From positions 674,442 to 738,441 of the forward strand of contig JBJCIZ010000239.1 of the NCBI GenBank assembly GCA_051294375.1: 64,000 bases of DNA, read 5' to 3'. Both the position numbers and the translations under genes were made by a program. This DNA is from Paraspadella gotoi. Lineage: Eukaryota > Animalia > Chaetognatha. This document shows, piece by piece, positions 51,670 through 64,000 of this stretch; the first letter of the stretch is position 1; each line of letters starts with the position of its first letter. The notes under the pieces were generated by a model, which saw only the letters and a list, made by a program, of their open reading frames with translations, had not been told where the DNA came from and did not search any database.

Positions 51670-54390
51670 GTCAAGGTCGTTTTCTTTTCGTTTCCTCTTT
51701 CGTCTTTATCTCGTCATAATCATCATCGTCTTCGTTTTTTGACTTCGATTTCTCACGACGTGAGCTTCGTTGTCGTCCGTCGTCGTCGTCGTCGTCGTCG
51801 TCTTCATCGTCGTTACCCAATCTTCCTTGTCGTCGTCGTCGTCTCGTCGTTCTTCATCGTCGTTACCATCTTCCTTGTCCGTCGTCATCGTCGTCGTCGT
51901 CGTCGTTCATCGTCGTTACCATCTTCTTGTCGTCGTCAATCGTCGTCGCGTCGTCGTCGTCGTCTCTTCATCGTCGTTACCATCTTCCTTGTCGTCGTCA
52001 TCGTCGTCGTCGTCGTCGTTCGTCGTCTTCATCGTCGTTACCATCTTCCTTGTCGTCGTCATCGTTCGTCGTCGTCGTCGTCCGTCTTCATCGTCGTTAC
52101 CATCTCCTAGTGTCGTTCGTCGTCGTCGTCGTCGTCGTTCATCGTCGTTACCATCTTCCTTGTCGTCGTCGTCGTCGTCCGTCTTTCATGCGTCGTTACC
52201 ATCTTCCTTGTCGTCGTCATCGTCGTCGTCGTTCCTCGTCATCGTCGTTACATCTTCCTTTTCGTCGTCAATCCGTACGTCGTCGTTGCTCGTGTCCGTT
52301 CATCTCCTTGTCGTCGTCGTCGTCGTCGTCTCTTATCGCTACATTTCCTTGTCGTCGTCGGTCGTCGTCGTCTCGTCTTCTCGTCGTTACTCTTCTCCTT
52401 CGTCGTGTCGTCGTCGTCGTCGTCGTCTTCATCGTCGTTACCATCTTCCTTGTCGTCCGTCTCGTCCGTCGTCGTCCCTTCATCGTCGTTACCATCTTCC
52501 TAGTCGTCGTCGTCGTCGTCTCCTTCATCGTCGTTACCATCTTCCTTGTCGTCGTCATCGTCGTCGTCGTCGGTCGTCGTCGTTTCATCGTCGTTACCGA
52601 TCCTTCCTTGTCGTCGTCAAAATCGTCGTCGTCATTCGTCGTCTTCATCCGTCGTTACCATTCTCCTAGTGTCATCGTCGTCCGTGCGTCGTCGTCTTCA
52701 TCGTCGTTACCATCTTTCCTTGTGTCGTCATCTTCGTCGTTCGTCGTCGTCTTCATCGTCGTTACCATCTTCCTTAGTCGTTATCGTCGTTCGTCGTCGT
52801 CCGTCGTTCATCGTCTTATCGTCGTTAACCCATCTTCCTAGTCGTCGCGTCATCCGTCGTCGTCGTCGTCGTCTTCGTCTTCATCGTCGTTACCAGCAAT
52901 ATTCTTCCTTGCGTCGTCTGTCGTCGTCGTCGTCTTTCATCGTCGTTCCATCCTTGCATCTGCGTCGTCTGTCGTCGTCCTCGTCGTCTTCAATCGTCGG
53001 TTACCATCTCCTAGTCGTCATCGTCGTCGTCGTCAGTCGTCTGGTCGTTCATCGTCGTTACCATCTTCCTTGTCGTCCATCGTCGTGTCGTGCTCGTCTT
53101 CAAATCGGGTCGTTACCATCTTCCTCTTGTCGGCTATATCGTACTCTCTAGTTCGGTCTTCGTCGTCGTCGTCGACGGTCGTCGTCGCTGTCGTTCCATC
53201 TCCGGTCTCATCTCGCTTGCGTTCACGTCGTCCTTCTTTCGCCATCGTCAGTCGTCGTCGCGTCTATCGTCTTCAATCGTCGTTACCATCTCCTATCGTC
53301 GATCCGTCGTCGCGTCCATTTGTCGTCATCCAGTGTACTCGTCGTCGTTCGTCTTTTCATCGTCGTTACCATCTTCCTTGTCCGGTCTCGTGTTGCGGTC
53401 GTGCGTCGTCGTCTCATCGTCGTTACCCATCTCCTAGTCGTCATCGTCGTCGTCGTCGTCGTCTCTCCTTATCGTCCGTTACCATACTTCCTTGTCGTCG
53501 TATCGTCGCGTCGTCGTCGTCTCATCGTCGTTTACCATCTTCCTAGTCGTCATCGTCGTCGTCGTCGTCCGTCTCATCGTCTCTCATCGTCGTTACCAGA
53601 TCTTCTTCTTATCGTCGTCATCGTCGTCGTGGCCTAAGTCGCGTTACTTCTCTCTGTACCGTGCTGTGCGTCTCTTCATCGTCGCTTTCACCATCTTCCT
53701 ATGTCTCGTACTCGTCGTCGTGTCGTCCAGTCGTTACCATTCGTCGTCGTTCGTCTCTCGTCCTTCATCCGTCGTTTACCATCTTCCCTTTCGTCGTCAC
53801 GTCGTCGTTGTCAAGTACTCTACTGTTTTTCCTGTTTTGTTCATCATCTCTCGACGTCATCCCTCTTCGTAAATTGTCGGCCTTCTATGCCGACATCGTC
53901 GGCATCCTTCGGTCGTTGTGTCTTCGTCATCGAATCGGTCCATCTTGTCTGTCGCATCTTCGTCGTCGTCATCCTCCTTCCGTGTCGTCTCGTTCGTCGT
54001 CGTCGTCGTCTTCGTCATGCCGTTCCTGTTTGTCGCTTCGTTTGTTGTGTCGGTCGTCGGTCTTTTCCTCAGCGTCGTCGTCTTCAATCGCGTTTACCAT
54101 CCTTCCTAGTCGTCATCGTCGTCGTCGTCGTCGCGTCTTCATCGTCGTTACCATCTTCCTAATCGTCGTCGTCCGTCGTCGTCTTCATCGTCGTTACCAT
54201 TCTTCCTTTCGTCGTCATCGTCGTCGTCGTCGTCGGTCCGTCATTCAATCGTCGTTACCTCTTCCATATCGTCGTCGTCGTGTCGTCAATTATCGTCGTT
54301 ACTCAATCTCCTAGTCGTCAATGCAGTCGTCGTCGTCGTCGTCGGTCGTCGTCCTTCATCGTCGTTACCATCTTCCTTGTCCGTCGTCAA
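51600..54390 (-). repeat. Tandem array of a ~40-45-bp unit encoding DKEDGNDDEDDDD on the minus strand
   Basis: Unit GACAAGGAAGATGGTAACGACGATGAAGAC(GAC)n repeated dozens of times with indels. ~53800-54060 is the reverse complement of ~45310-45558. Confidence 0.85.
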
Positions 54391-54391
54391 T

Positions 54392-54522
54392 CGACGACGA
54401 CGACGACGACGACGACGACAACGAAGCTCACGTCGTGAGAAATCGAAGTCAAAAAACGAAGACGATGATGATTATGACGGAGATAAAGACGAAAGAGGAA
54501 ACGAAAAGAAAACGACCTTGAC

Positions 54523-54583
<61 letters not shown>

Positions 54584-54610
54584 ATGAAGATGATAAATGC
54601 TTGATAATAA
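54392..54610 (+). CDS. Candidate C-terminal part of the Asp-rich protein
   Basis: (GAC)n, then KNEDDDDYDGDKDERGNEK and, after a frameshift, ENDL(D)nYED on a (GAT)n run. Confidence 0.4.
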
Positions 54611-54861
54611 TTTCTTTTTTTTGAAAAAGAACAAACAAAAGAAAACAGAAGATTAAGTGATACTAAATATTAAACCTTTGAGATAGGCTTTGAGAAAGAA
54701 AAACTGAGAAACAGAGAGAGAGAAAAGAGAGAGAGTGAGAGAGAGAGAGAGAGAGAGAGAAAGAAAGTGGCGGAGAGAGATAAGGAAATCCCAGGCTAAA
54801 TGTTACCGCATAATTATCGATGCAAAAAGATAAGCATAATTCAATGGAGGAAGAAGATACG

Positions 54862-54914
<53 letters not shown>

Positions 54915-54967
54915 AGAGAAAACCTTGTGATGACCTATCATCTTTGTCTTTCAATCCCGTGGGGAGA

Positions 54968-55015
<48 letters not shown>

Positions 55016-55123
55016 TGTGAGAGAGAGAGAGAGATAAACGTTTTTTTTCAGAAACAGAGACAACGAATCTCCTTCTGTCATTCCTAATCTCTTTTTTTTT
55101 CCAACCGGTAAACTAAGCCGCTT

Positions 55124-55195
<72 letters not shown>

Positions 55196-56437
55196 CTCTA
55201 TCCCTCCCTCTATGGTTAAAAAATGTATTCGTGAATAAAACCGAAAAAAAAGGACGTTCGAAAATTAAGCCGATAAATCTCACAGTTTTTTTCCTTCACT
55301 CGGCAATTCACTTTTATCACTCAGTCATTTCACATCACAGCTTCGTCCGTTCGTCCCTTCGTCCGTTCTTCCGTCCGTTCGTCGACGGTCTATGATTTAA
55401 TATAATGTTATTTTCAATACTTTTCAGTCTTATCAGTTTTTCTTCATTTGGTCTACTGGTCCATTTCCTGCGATTTAACTGTGTTAATTTGTGAAAAAAT
55501 AATACTTCAAAAAGATCTATATTTAAATTGCTGTAAGTTACAGAGCGTTACAGCGTTTAAAGGGTTTTGACCTAAAACTTGACGCCTAATTGATCTAAGT
55601 CCACGTTTCACATACCTCTAAAACTTATATTATCGAAATCACCATGGCAACCGCTTGGTCGACAGACCTTAACGACCGATGCAAACATCGCAAAGGTCTT
55701 TGGCAGAAAAGGACATCGATATTTTTCGAGAGGAAAGGAGAAGCGAGGCGCGCGTGGCCGCCATTTTGGATTTAATTTAAGATTCAGATTCGGAAGTGTT
55801 GACGAATTCTTCCTGAATTCAATGGATTAAAATTAAATACAATAAAGACTTTGCATTTTGAGATCTTTTAAAAGATGCCTTCCTTTATAAGTTATATCGC
55901 AAATTCGGTTTAATCGGCTTTGGACGGGCCGGACGGCCATGGGTCGCAGTGGTACAAATAATCGCAAATAGCACCAATAGCATTAACAGATTAATTACTG
56001 ATCAGTTATCGATACATCAATTAACAACAAATTCTATCGTCCACTAGCATATCTATCTTTTCCCTCGTGAATACGAAGAAGAAAATAAATTGATTGATCA
56101 TTTTATTTTGATTTCCACAGCCTCGTTCCGAATCTTATTTGCATATAGATAAGTTTTCAACTTCTCGCCCTTCTCTCTTGCCCCTCTGACGATATTTTGG
56201 CTCAAGTAGTCGTTTTCTTTCTTTCGAACACGGAAGACGCGTCAAAAACTGTGGGCGCGGAGAGGGAGTTGTGTCGCTCCGTGGGCAGGGTTGTGGACGA
56301 TGGGCGCCAGAGAAAACGTGGGCGAGGCCGAAGGGGTCGTTGCTAAGGGCCACGGTGTTATTTATCGAGGGTGGGCGGAAAAAAGAACTACGAAAAATCA
56401 ACATTTTCTAATTAACTGAATTTTCTTCGTCATTCAG

Positions 56438-56494
<57 letters not shown>

Positions 56495-56721
56495 TAAAAT
56501 GGACTGTACTGTGACATTTACAAATGTCGTTATTTCGGTCGAACGCGTTTCCGATTTTTCTTTCTCTTTTCATCGAACAAACTGAACGGCTAATATTTTA
56601 ATGTACCTAACTCACATTATTGTATAAGTTTAAATTTGAATAACGGAGAATTTCTAAAAAAAAACCCAAAAGCAAAACCTGAATTCTATTGAAGACTTAA
56701 ATCCACCAAAGAGGGCGTGAC

Positions 56722-56777
<56 letters not shown>

Positions 56778-59700
56778 CTCCTCGTAACTTCGCCGTAACT
56801 CGGGGTCCCCGCTTATAAATCCGAATCTCCGCGGCGCAGCGACGGAGAAGCAGCGGGAAGCTGTAGGAGCTGTATGAGCTTTAGGAACTATTAGAGCTGT
56901 TGGAGCGGTTAAGAATAAGTAGGAGTAGCTTTAAAAGTATGAGATACCGCTGTAGTTGTATTTGTAACTAGCCGGATTGTCCGCGGAATCTGGAAAATGA
57001 AGTTCCAGGCTGTTGGAGAGGATTTTTACAGTAAAAATGAAAAGGGGGGGAAAAAAGCGAAAAACATTCATTTTAGTTTTTCGCAATATTTCTCAAAAAC
57101 GAATGATCTTTAGATGTCAACCCTTCTCTACAGCTTCTCAACACGCAGCCTCAGCAGCATGTTGGGTTCCAGTGGGAATCCCGTGTGGGAGGAATTCCGT
57201 GTGAGAGGAATTCCGTGTGGGAGGAATCCCATGGGGAGGAATCCCGCGTGGGAGGAATCCCGAGTGGGAGGAATCCAGCTGCCATCTTCTGCGCGGCTTC
57301 AGAAGCAGCAGCAATGGGAAAAATTCCGCGGGGAGAAATCCCGTGTGGGAGGAATCCCGTGTCGGAGGAATCCCATGGGGAGGAATCCCCGTGGGAGGAA
57401 TCCCGAGTGGGAGGAATCCAGCTGCCATCTTCTGCGCGGCTTCAGAAGCAGCAGCAATCTCAACATTCGGTCCGGCAGAGCAGGGACCGCAGCTGCTTCC
57501 ATCTCCCGCGGAGCGCGACGAAAGTCGACAGACATTCCGGCCGCGTAATCCGGACGCCGGACGTTTGGGAAGAAGGGCGTGGCCGGAAGAGGAGAGTGGC
57601 AGGGTGTGTTGTGATCGTGGAACGTTGGGTCGTCGTCGTTGTCGTCGTCGTTGTCGTCGTCATCGTCGCCTTCGTCAATCCCTGAATCTCGTCACAGCAG
57701 CCGTGATCCATGACGCTTACGTGGGTCACGTGATGGGAAAGTTCTCTCTCTCTCTGCTCCTCTCCTCTCTCTCTCTCTCTCTCTTTCATCTCAGGTCTCA
57801 TCTCTCTTCTCTCTTTTCTCTAATTCGTATATTTACTTATGGTAGCCCACCGAGAAGAAACTAATTCAAACGCTAAAATCTAATTTGCATATTGCAGTAT
57901 TTTTTGATTTTATTTATTCCCATGTACATGTTATAAAAGGAACTTTCCTCAGAATAAAGTTGAATATAAAGAAAGTTAAGTAAACATCCCAATCGTTTTA
58001 AAATACCTTGAATTCTCAGAAATTTTTCAACCTTGTCCGTCTTTTTTTTTTTATACTTAAAGCATTCATAACAATCAAGTTTCATAAATCATCAACAATT
58101 AATTTGATCGATTTTGTATTGAACATAGTTCGGAGAGTATTAAATGATTGTTATTTCGTAACATATGTTTTAACGGCTACTCTTAATTAAGGTAGCCTAA
58201 TTATTAAATCAAATATTGTATATTAATTTTAAAAAAAATTGAACAGTGTTTGGAGAGTATTAATGGATTGTTATTTTGTAACATATCTTTTAACGGCTAC
58301 TCTTAATTAAGGGAGCCTTATTATTAAATCAAATATATTTGTATTCCACATTATAGAAGGATGAACCCCCAAGAACGTAACTTATAGTTATACCTCCATT
58401 TACATAATTTATATATAATTTTCATATTATTTGTTTAGTGGGATGAAATTAGAAAATTCAAAGGCAGCAAATAGATAGTTTACAGCCGAAGTTAGGTTGG
58501 AATATTATGACTTGATTATTTTTTCTGCAATATTTTGTTATCTCCCACTAGCGGTAGACGACCAAATTCAAATTTTAATGGAAACAGTATTAAACGAATT
58601 AATTCTTGGTATTAGTTATTATGTTAAAATATTTTTTTAGCAAAAATGTTTCGAAGATGAGTAATTCGCTAATTAAAATTATTTTTTGGATATTTAAGTT
58701 TTTTTAATTTATTCTGAATTCTGATAGAGCTCAAAAAGTTAGGCAAAAAATATAATTACAACTTTTTAAAATTGTGATATTTTATTACTGAAAGTGAGCA
58801 AAAACTACTAAAATCATGGGATGATGATGATGGGGATAATTTTTTCAGGTTTTCCCAATTTTCACCCACTTATAATCAAAATATTGAAAAAAGAATTATA
58901 CTTTGGGTAGACAACTTTTTATAAGCTATCTGAATATGATTTTAAAAATACAAAATTCAAAAAAACTGTTTTGACATTTCCTATCTATAAATAAATATTA
59001 AAAAATTAATTCCTAGTGCTTCTACTGTGTGAGAGTCTTGATAGAAAGATTGCAGGGACCTGCTATGTCATTATCTTGTATGAGTGATGGAGGCCCTAAA
59101 CCACCAAAGCCTGTCCAAAGTCGTGGGCAAGATAGCTTATTTATTAAATGAATGGATAATTTTTATATTGTTTGTACCAATTTCATATACATTTTCAAAA
59201 AAAGTATTTTCTCATCCTAAAAATTATAATGAATTATAAGATCGAAAACTTTAACAAAAAACGGAAATAGATTTTCAAAAAAAATCTTTAATTTTTTTTT
59301 ATTGGATCGGAATTCGGTAACAAATAAAAACTTCGTAAGCGAAAAATCATTTGTTTATTAGCCGATTTTAAAAACGAACGAGGTTTTGTTCGAGATGTGA
59401 ATGAATGGATATTTTTATATTGGTTGTACCAATTTCATATTATGGTGGACTAAAATCCACCAACCGTTCATCAGCGGCCATTGGTGCCGGAGGCAAGTCA
59501 CTCGCCTCCCAAACCAAAGGTCCGGGGGTCCGGCAGTTAAGAGGGACGGGGCGCTTAACCCGCCTGTAACATGGTGTTACAGCCTGATCCGAAGCTCAGG
59601 GACTGCTTATATTGAACGGTTCTGTCATTAACACTTATCAATAATTACTGTCTCTTCAATATCATATATTAACGATCTCTCTTCTGTATGAAGGAAGTTG

Positions 59701-61026
59701 GGGGTTAAGGATGAAATCCCTATTACAAAATAACAAAAAAAAAACAATACATTAATGCAAAATGTGAATCAAGCCTCTGACAATATTCCAAATATAATTA
59801 ATACGAATGTCATGTATTAAAATTATAGAATACTATAGTACAGATTATATGTTCTTGAAGTATCGCATGATACATCATCTTACTACACTGTCGGACTGTT
59901 CTACTGAAATTTTACATGCTTATAACTAGGATAATACAATAATACAGTATAATAGGACCAAAAGCGCCTGATTGAGTGCCTCCGTGTTCAACTAAAAAAA
60001 AAAGGTCAAAATTCCGATCGGCTTTAAAGAACACCGATTGAGGAGCGATAGGACGAATTCCCGATCGGCTAAAACGTTGAGATTGCGTAATGGGCGCCTG
60101 GGGAAGAATTCTAGAGTGGGCGTGGCAGTAGGGGGAGCGGTGTAATGTGAACGACGCTTAAGGGGACGAGAGGAGATTGAGAGAAAAAGTCCCGGAAGAA
60201 AGCACGAGCTCGGGTTTAAGTTTAAGAGGATGCGTCGGAGAGCGGCGTCTGTCGGGAGAAACTAAAGATGGCGCACTCCGCAAATTTGGTTCTCTTAATT
60301 TGGTTGAACGTTAAGGTAACGTTAGACTTGTGCTTTCACGTGATTAAATGAGTTTCAATTTCTGAATAAGTCATAGAGTACTTTGGAAACTGATTTGTAA
60401 ATGCTTGTTGTGTGCATTACATTATTAATTGTGGAGTCATTTGACAAAGCAGTTCTAAAGTCAGGTGATCAGAGAGCAAATACGACATACTTCGTTTCGT
60501 TTAGTTTTATATATTATTTCGTTTTTTTTCTGCTTTCGTTCTTTGCTTTTCTATTTTCTTTTCTCTTTTCTTTTATTTTAGACCCTCTTTTAATATTTTT
60601 CTTGTCCTATTTCTCTCTTTTCTTACTTTCTTCCTTTCTTTATTTATTTTATTTCCTCATTCCTTTCTTTTCTTTCCTCCTTTCTATATTTTTTAGCCTT
60701 TGCTATTTTATTTCCTCCTTCATTATTTTTTCCTCCTTTCTTTCTTTTCTTTCCTCTTTTCTTTCTTCTTTTTCCTCCATTCTTTCTTCTTTTTCCTCCA
60801 TTCTTTCTTTTCTTTCCTTCTTTATTTCTTTTCTTTCTTCTTTTCTATTTTCTTTTTCCTCCTTTTTTTCTTTTATTTCCTTCTTTATTTCTTTTCTTTC
60901 CTCCTTTTTCTCTCCAAAATCTCTAATCGTCGCAGATTTTCCTCAGAATCTCCCTCGCCATCTTTTCGTCAGCTTTCAAAATTCGCCGAAGCCTCCCTTT
61001 TCTCTCTTACTAAATCCGTTGATTTC

Positions 61027-61103
<77 letters not shown>

Positions 61104-61134
61104 CTCTAAAGCTCCTCCCCTTATCCTTCCCGCG

Positions 61135-61325
61135 CATCTGACGTCAACAACCCTCGCTTCCCATTGGTCGAATACGCCCGAATGACCGACAATCCTCGGT
61201 CTCTCATTGGTCGACGAAATCGCCCTTAATTTCCATAATTCTCCGATCCTCTTTCGATCGATTTTGTCAAAAAAATCATCCGATTAAATCTCCTTTTTTT
61301 CCTCTTCCCGTTACCATGGATACGA
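61135..61325. promoter_or_regulatory. Promoter-like cluster: CRE, two CCAAT boxes and an RFX X-box
   Basis: TGACGTCA at 61139-61146; ATTGG at 61163 and 61206; GTTACCATGGATAC at 61310-61323; CpG-rich stretch between CT repeats. Confidence 0.45.
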
Positions 61326-61412
61326 AGAAGAACGGCAGAGTTTTTACGCCCGTTGCAATTTTTTGTTTTACACCGAGATTAGGGACGGCGTGTGGACAGC
61401 ACGGCTGAGGCT

Positions 61413-61479
<67 letters not shown>

Positions 61480-61684
61480 CTCTCTCTCTCTTTCTCTCTC
61501 TGTAATTTCCTGTTATCTATCCTTTCTCTTTCTTATTTTTTCTTATAAACTCGTTATTAAGATGCGCTATTTCTTTCCTTATCTCTCTTTTCTTATTTCC
61601 CCTCATTCAGTTTATCTTAATGGTATTTTTACTCGACGAGTTTTTTTTTCCTTCTTTTTTGCATAAAGTTGTACGATAACGCTG

Positions 61685-61768
61685 CATTTTACATTCCTTG
61701 CCTTATTTGCTGCCCATTTTACATTCCTTGCCTTATTTGCTGCCCATTTTACATTCCTTGCCTTATTT
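61685..61768. repeat. 30-bp tandem repeat, ~3 copies
   Basis: CATTTTACATTCCTTGCCTTATTTGCTGCC repeated. Confidence 0.9.
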
Positions 61769-62127
61769 TAAATAACTATCATTGACTATTTTTCCGATGT
61801 TCTAATGCTTAGTTCGTGAAAAATTCAACAAAACAATATACTGTCCTTCTGTCGGTCCGTCGACCCGTCTATACGTAATCTTATAATTTGTTTTAAATCT
61901 AATGTTTTAAGACGTCAGATCAGAATAGAAAATACAAAAAATCGTACTGTCGTCTTATCGCGTACTACAACTTCGGATCTCGGTGAAAACTAAAGTGGAA
62001 AAAAGGGAAAAGGGGGAAAATCCCTGCTGTTATTTAATAAATACTCTTTTGCTATTCTTTAATAGCAAAGGACCCCTTCAAACCCTGCTTCAAACGGAGC
62101 ACTTTTCCTCAGCTGAGTTAATTATAA

Positions 62128-62169
<42 letters not shown>

Positions 62170-62460
62170 TCATCTCCACTAACGACCCATGACTTCATTT
62201 GAAGACCAAAACAATCAATGCTTGATGAGTCTGTGTATGAGCGCGGCAAGCTCTTCATCCTCTTCCTTCTACTCGTCGAAAAGATGCGGTTCATTGCTGA
62301 CGTCATGTTCGGTGCAATGATGCAATTTATAATTGTATTGGTTTTTTTTTGTTAAGCGAAAACGAAAGTTTTTTTATTACTTTTGTAATTGAAATAATTA
62401 ACGGACATGTTTCGACTCTTGACAGGTTCCAGCCTTCATCATTGTTTAAATAACAACAAG

Positions 62461-62567
<107 letters not shown>

Positions 62568-62669
62568 AACCCACCCCATCTCAACCAACCACTTTCTGTC
62601 TCGACTCCACGAATCTCCCTTATTCTATTTTCCATCTCCGTCTTTTTACTTTTTTATCTCTTCCCTCCT

Positions 62670-63425
62670 CATCTCCATCCGTCTGCTTTCTTTCTTCTCT
62701 TTCCTCCCTTTTCTCCATCTTTCTGCTTTCTTTCTTTTCTTTCCTGCCTTTTATCCATCTTTCTGCTTTCTTTCTTCTCTTTCCTTCCTTTTCTCCATCC
62801 TTCTACTTTCTTTCTTTTCTTTTCTTCCTTTTCTCCATCCTTCAGCTTTCTATCTTTTCTTTCCTGCCTTTTCTCCATCTTTCTGCTTTCTTTCTTTTCT
62901 TTCCTGCCTTTTATCCATCTTTCTGCTTTCTTTCTTCTCTTTCCTTCCTTTTCTCCATCTTTCTGCTTTCTTTCTTTTCTTTTCTTCCTTTTCTCCATCC
63001 TTCACCTTTCTATCTTTTCTTTCCTTCCTTTTCTCCATCATTCTGCTTTCTTTCTTTTCTTTCCTCCATTTTCTCCATCCTTTTCTTTCCTCCCTTTTCT
63101 CCATCATTCTGCTTTCTTTCTTTTCTTTCCTCCCTTTTTCCATCCTTCTGCTTTCTTTCTTTTCTTTCCTCCATTTTCTCCATCTTTCTGCTTTCTTTAT
63201 TTTCTTTCCTCCCTTTCCTCCATCCTTCTGCTTTCTTTCTTTTCTTTCCTGCCTTTTATCCATCTTTCTGCTTTCTTTCTTCTCTTTCCTTCCTTTTCTC
63301 CATCCTTCTGCTTTCTTTCTTTTCTTTCCTGCCTTTTCTCCATCCTTCTGCTTTCTTTCTTTTCTTTCCTTCCTTTTCTCCATCCTTCTGCTTTTTTTCT
63401 TTTCTTTCCTTCCTTCCTTCCCTGC
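62670..63425. repeat. Pyrimidine-rich minisatellite, ~40-bp unit
   Basis: TTCTCCATC(C/T)TTCTGCTTTCTTTCTTTTCTTTCCT(G/T)CCTT repeated roughly 18 times. Confidence 0.9.
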
Positions 63426-63688
63426 CATATTCTCCTTTTTGTCCTCTCTCTCTTCCTCGCAGAATTCATTGTCATTGTTCCCTTTTTTCCTTCCATCTTT
63501 CCTTCCTCTCTCTCCTTCACCTCCTCCCTGCCACTCTCCCTCCGTTTGCCATTTTTTTTTGTCTTGTCCTCGCTCCGTCGCGCCATCTCTCGGCAGAGCG
63601 TTGAGTCGTGACAGAAGAACAGCTTGGGAACCGCGAGGGCGGAGCACATAAACAAAAAGTCAAACGGGGAGAAAGAAGAGAGAGAGAA

Positions 63689-63724
<36 letters not shown>

Positions 63725-63831
63725 AGAGAGAGAAGAGAGAAGAGAGAAAAAAAAAAAAAGGAAGAGAGAAGAGAGAAGGAGAGAGAAAAAAAAAAAGAGA
63801 AAGAGAGAAAAAGAGAGAGAAAAAAAAAAAA

Positions 63832-63907
<76 letters not shown>

Positions 63908-64000
63908 TGTTTTGTAGAGGCCATCTTTGTGAATGTTGGACACTGATCTCAGTTTATCACTTTATGTAGATTCCTCCATAAATTTTTAAATTTGTCAGAA

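Larger units (their letters stand above)
45600..60547. repeat. ~15-kb palindrome: arms ~45600-51800 and ~54392-60547, with the Asp-codon array as spacer
   Basis: For example, 45621-45740 is the reverse complement of 60430-60546, and 51700-51775 of 54415-54495. The arms differ mainly by 1-bp indels. Confidence 0.95.

Noticed and set aside
51770-54380. CRISPR-like look of the repeated TCATCGTCGTTACCATCTTCCTTG motif; plus-strand Arg/Ser/Val-rich ORFs
   Set aside because: The intervening sequences are (CGT)n runs, not unique spacers; there are no cas genes and the context is eukaryotic. The plus-strand ORFs are the antisense reading of the Asp-codon repeat.

Overview
Repeat-rich eukaryotic (probably invertebrate) draft-assembly window with N gaps, abundant (GA)n/(GAC)n microsatellites and indel-rich, noisy consensus. 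Almost all ORFs in the track are microsatellite read-throughs. Supported content: (1) a minus-strand Ty3/Gypsy LTR retrotransposon (~33777-41563) with a 1972-aa PR-RT-RH-IN polyprotein, carrying an apparently inactive OTU-like domain between RNase H and integrase. (2) That element sits inside the transposase HTH of an internally deleted Tc1-like transposon with perfect 24-bp TIRs and TA flanks (33493-42148). (3) A candidate secreted, extremely Asp-rich repeat protein: a signal-peptide exon at 45081 plus a (DKEDGNDDEDDDD)n array, scrambled by a ~15-kb palindrome that is probably an assembly artefact. (4) An 8.7-kb tandem duplication plus a diverged inverted copy (1-23.5 kb) containing a decayed Gypsy integrase. 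(5) Helentron-type non-autonomous repeats, a tRNA-derived SINE-like head, a multi-hairpin element, minisatellites and a CRE/CCAAT/X-box promoter-like cluster. All assignments are by eye; no searches were run.
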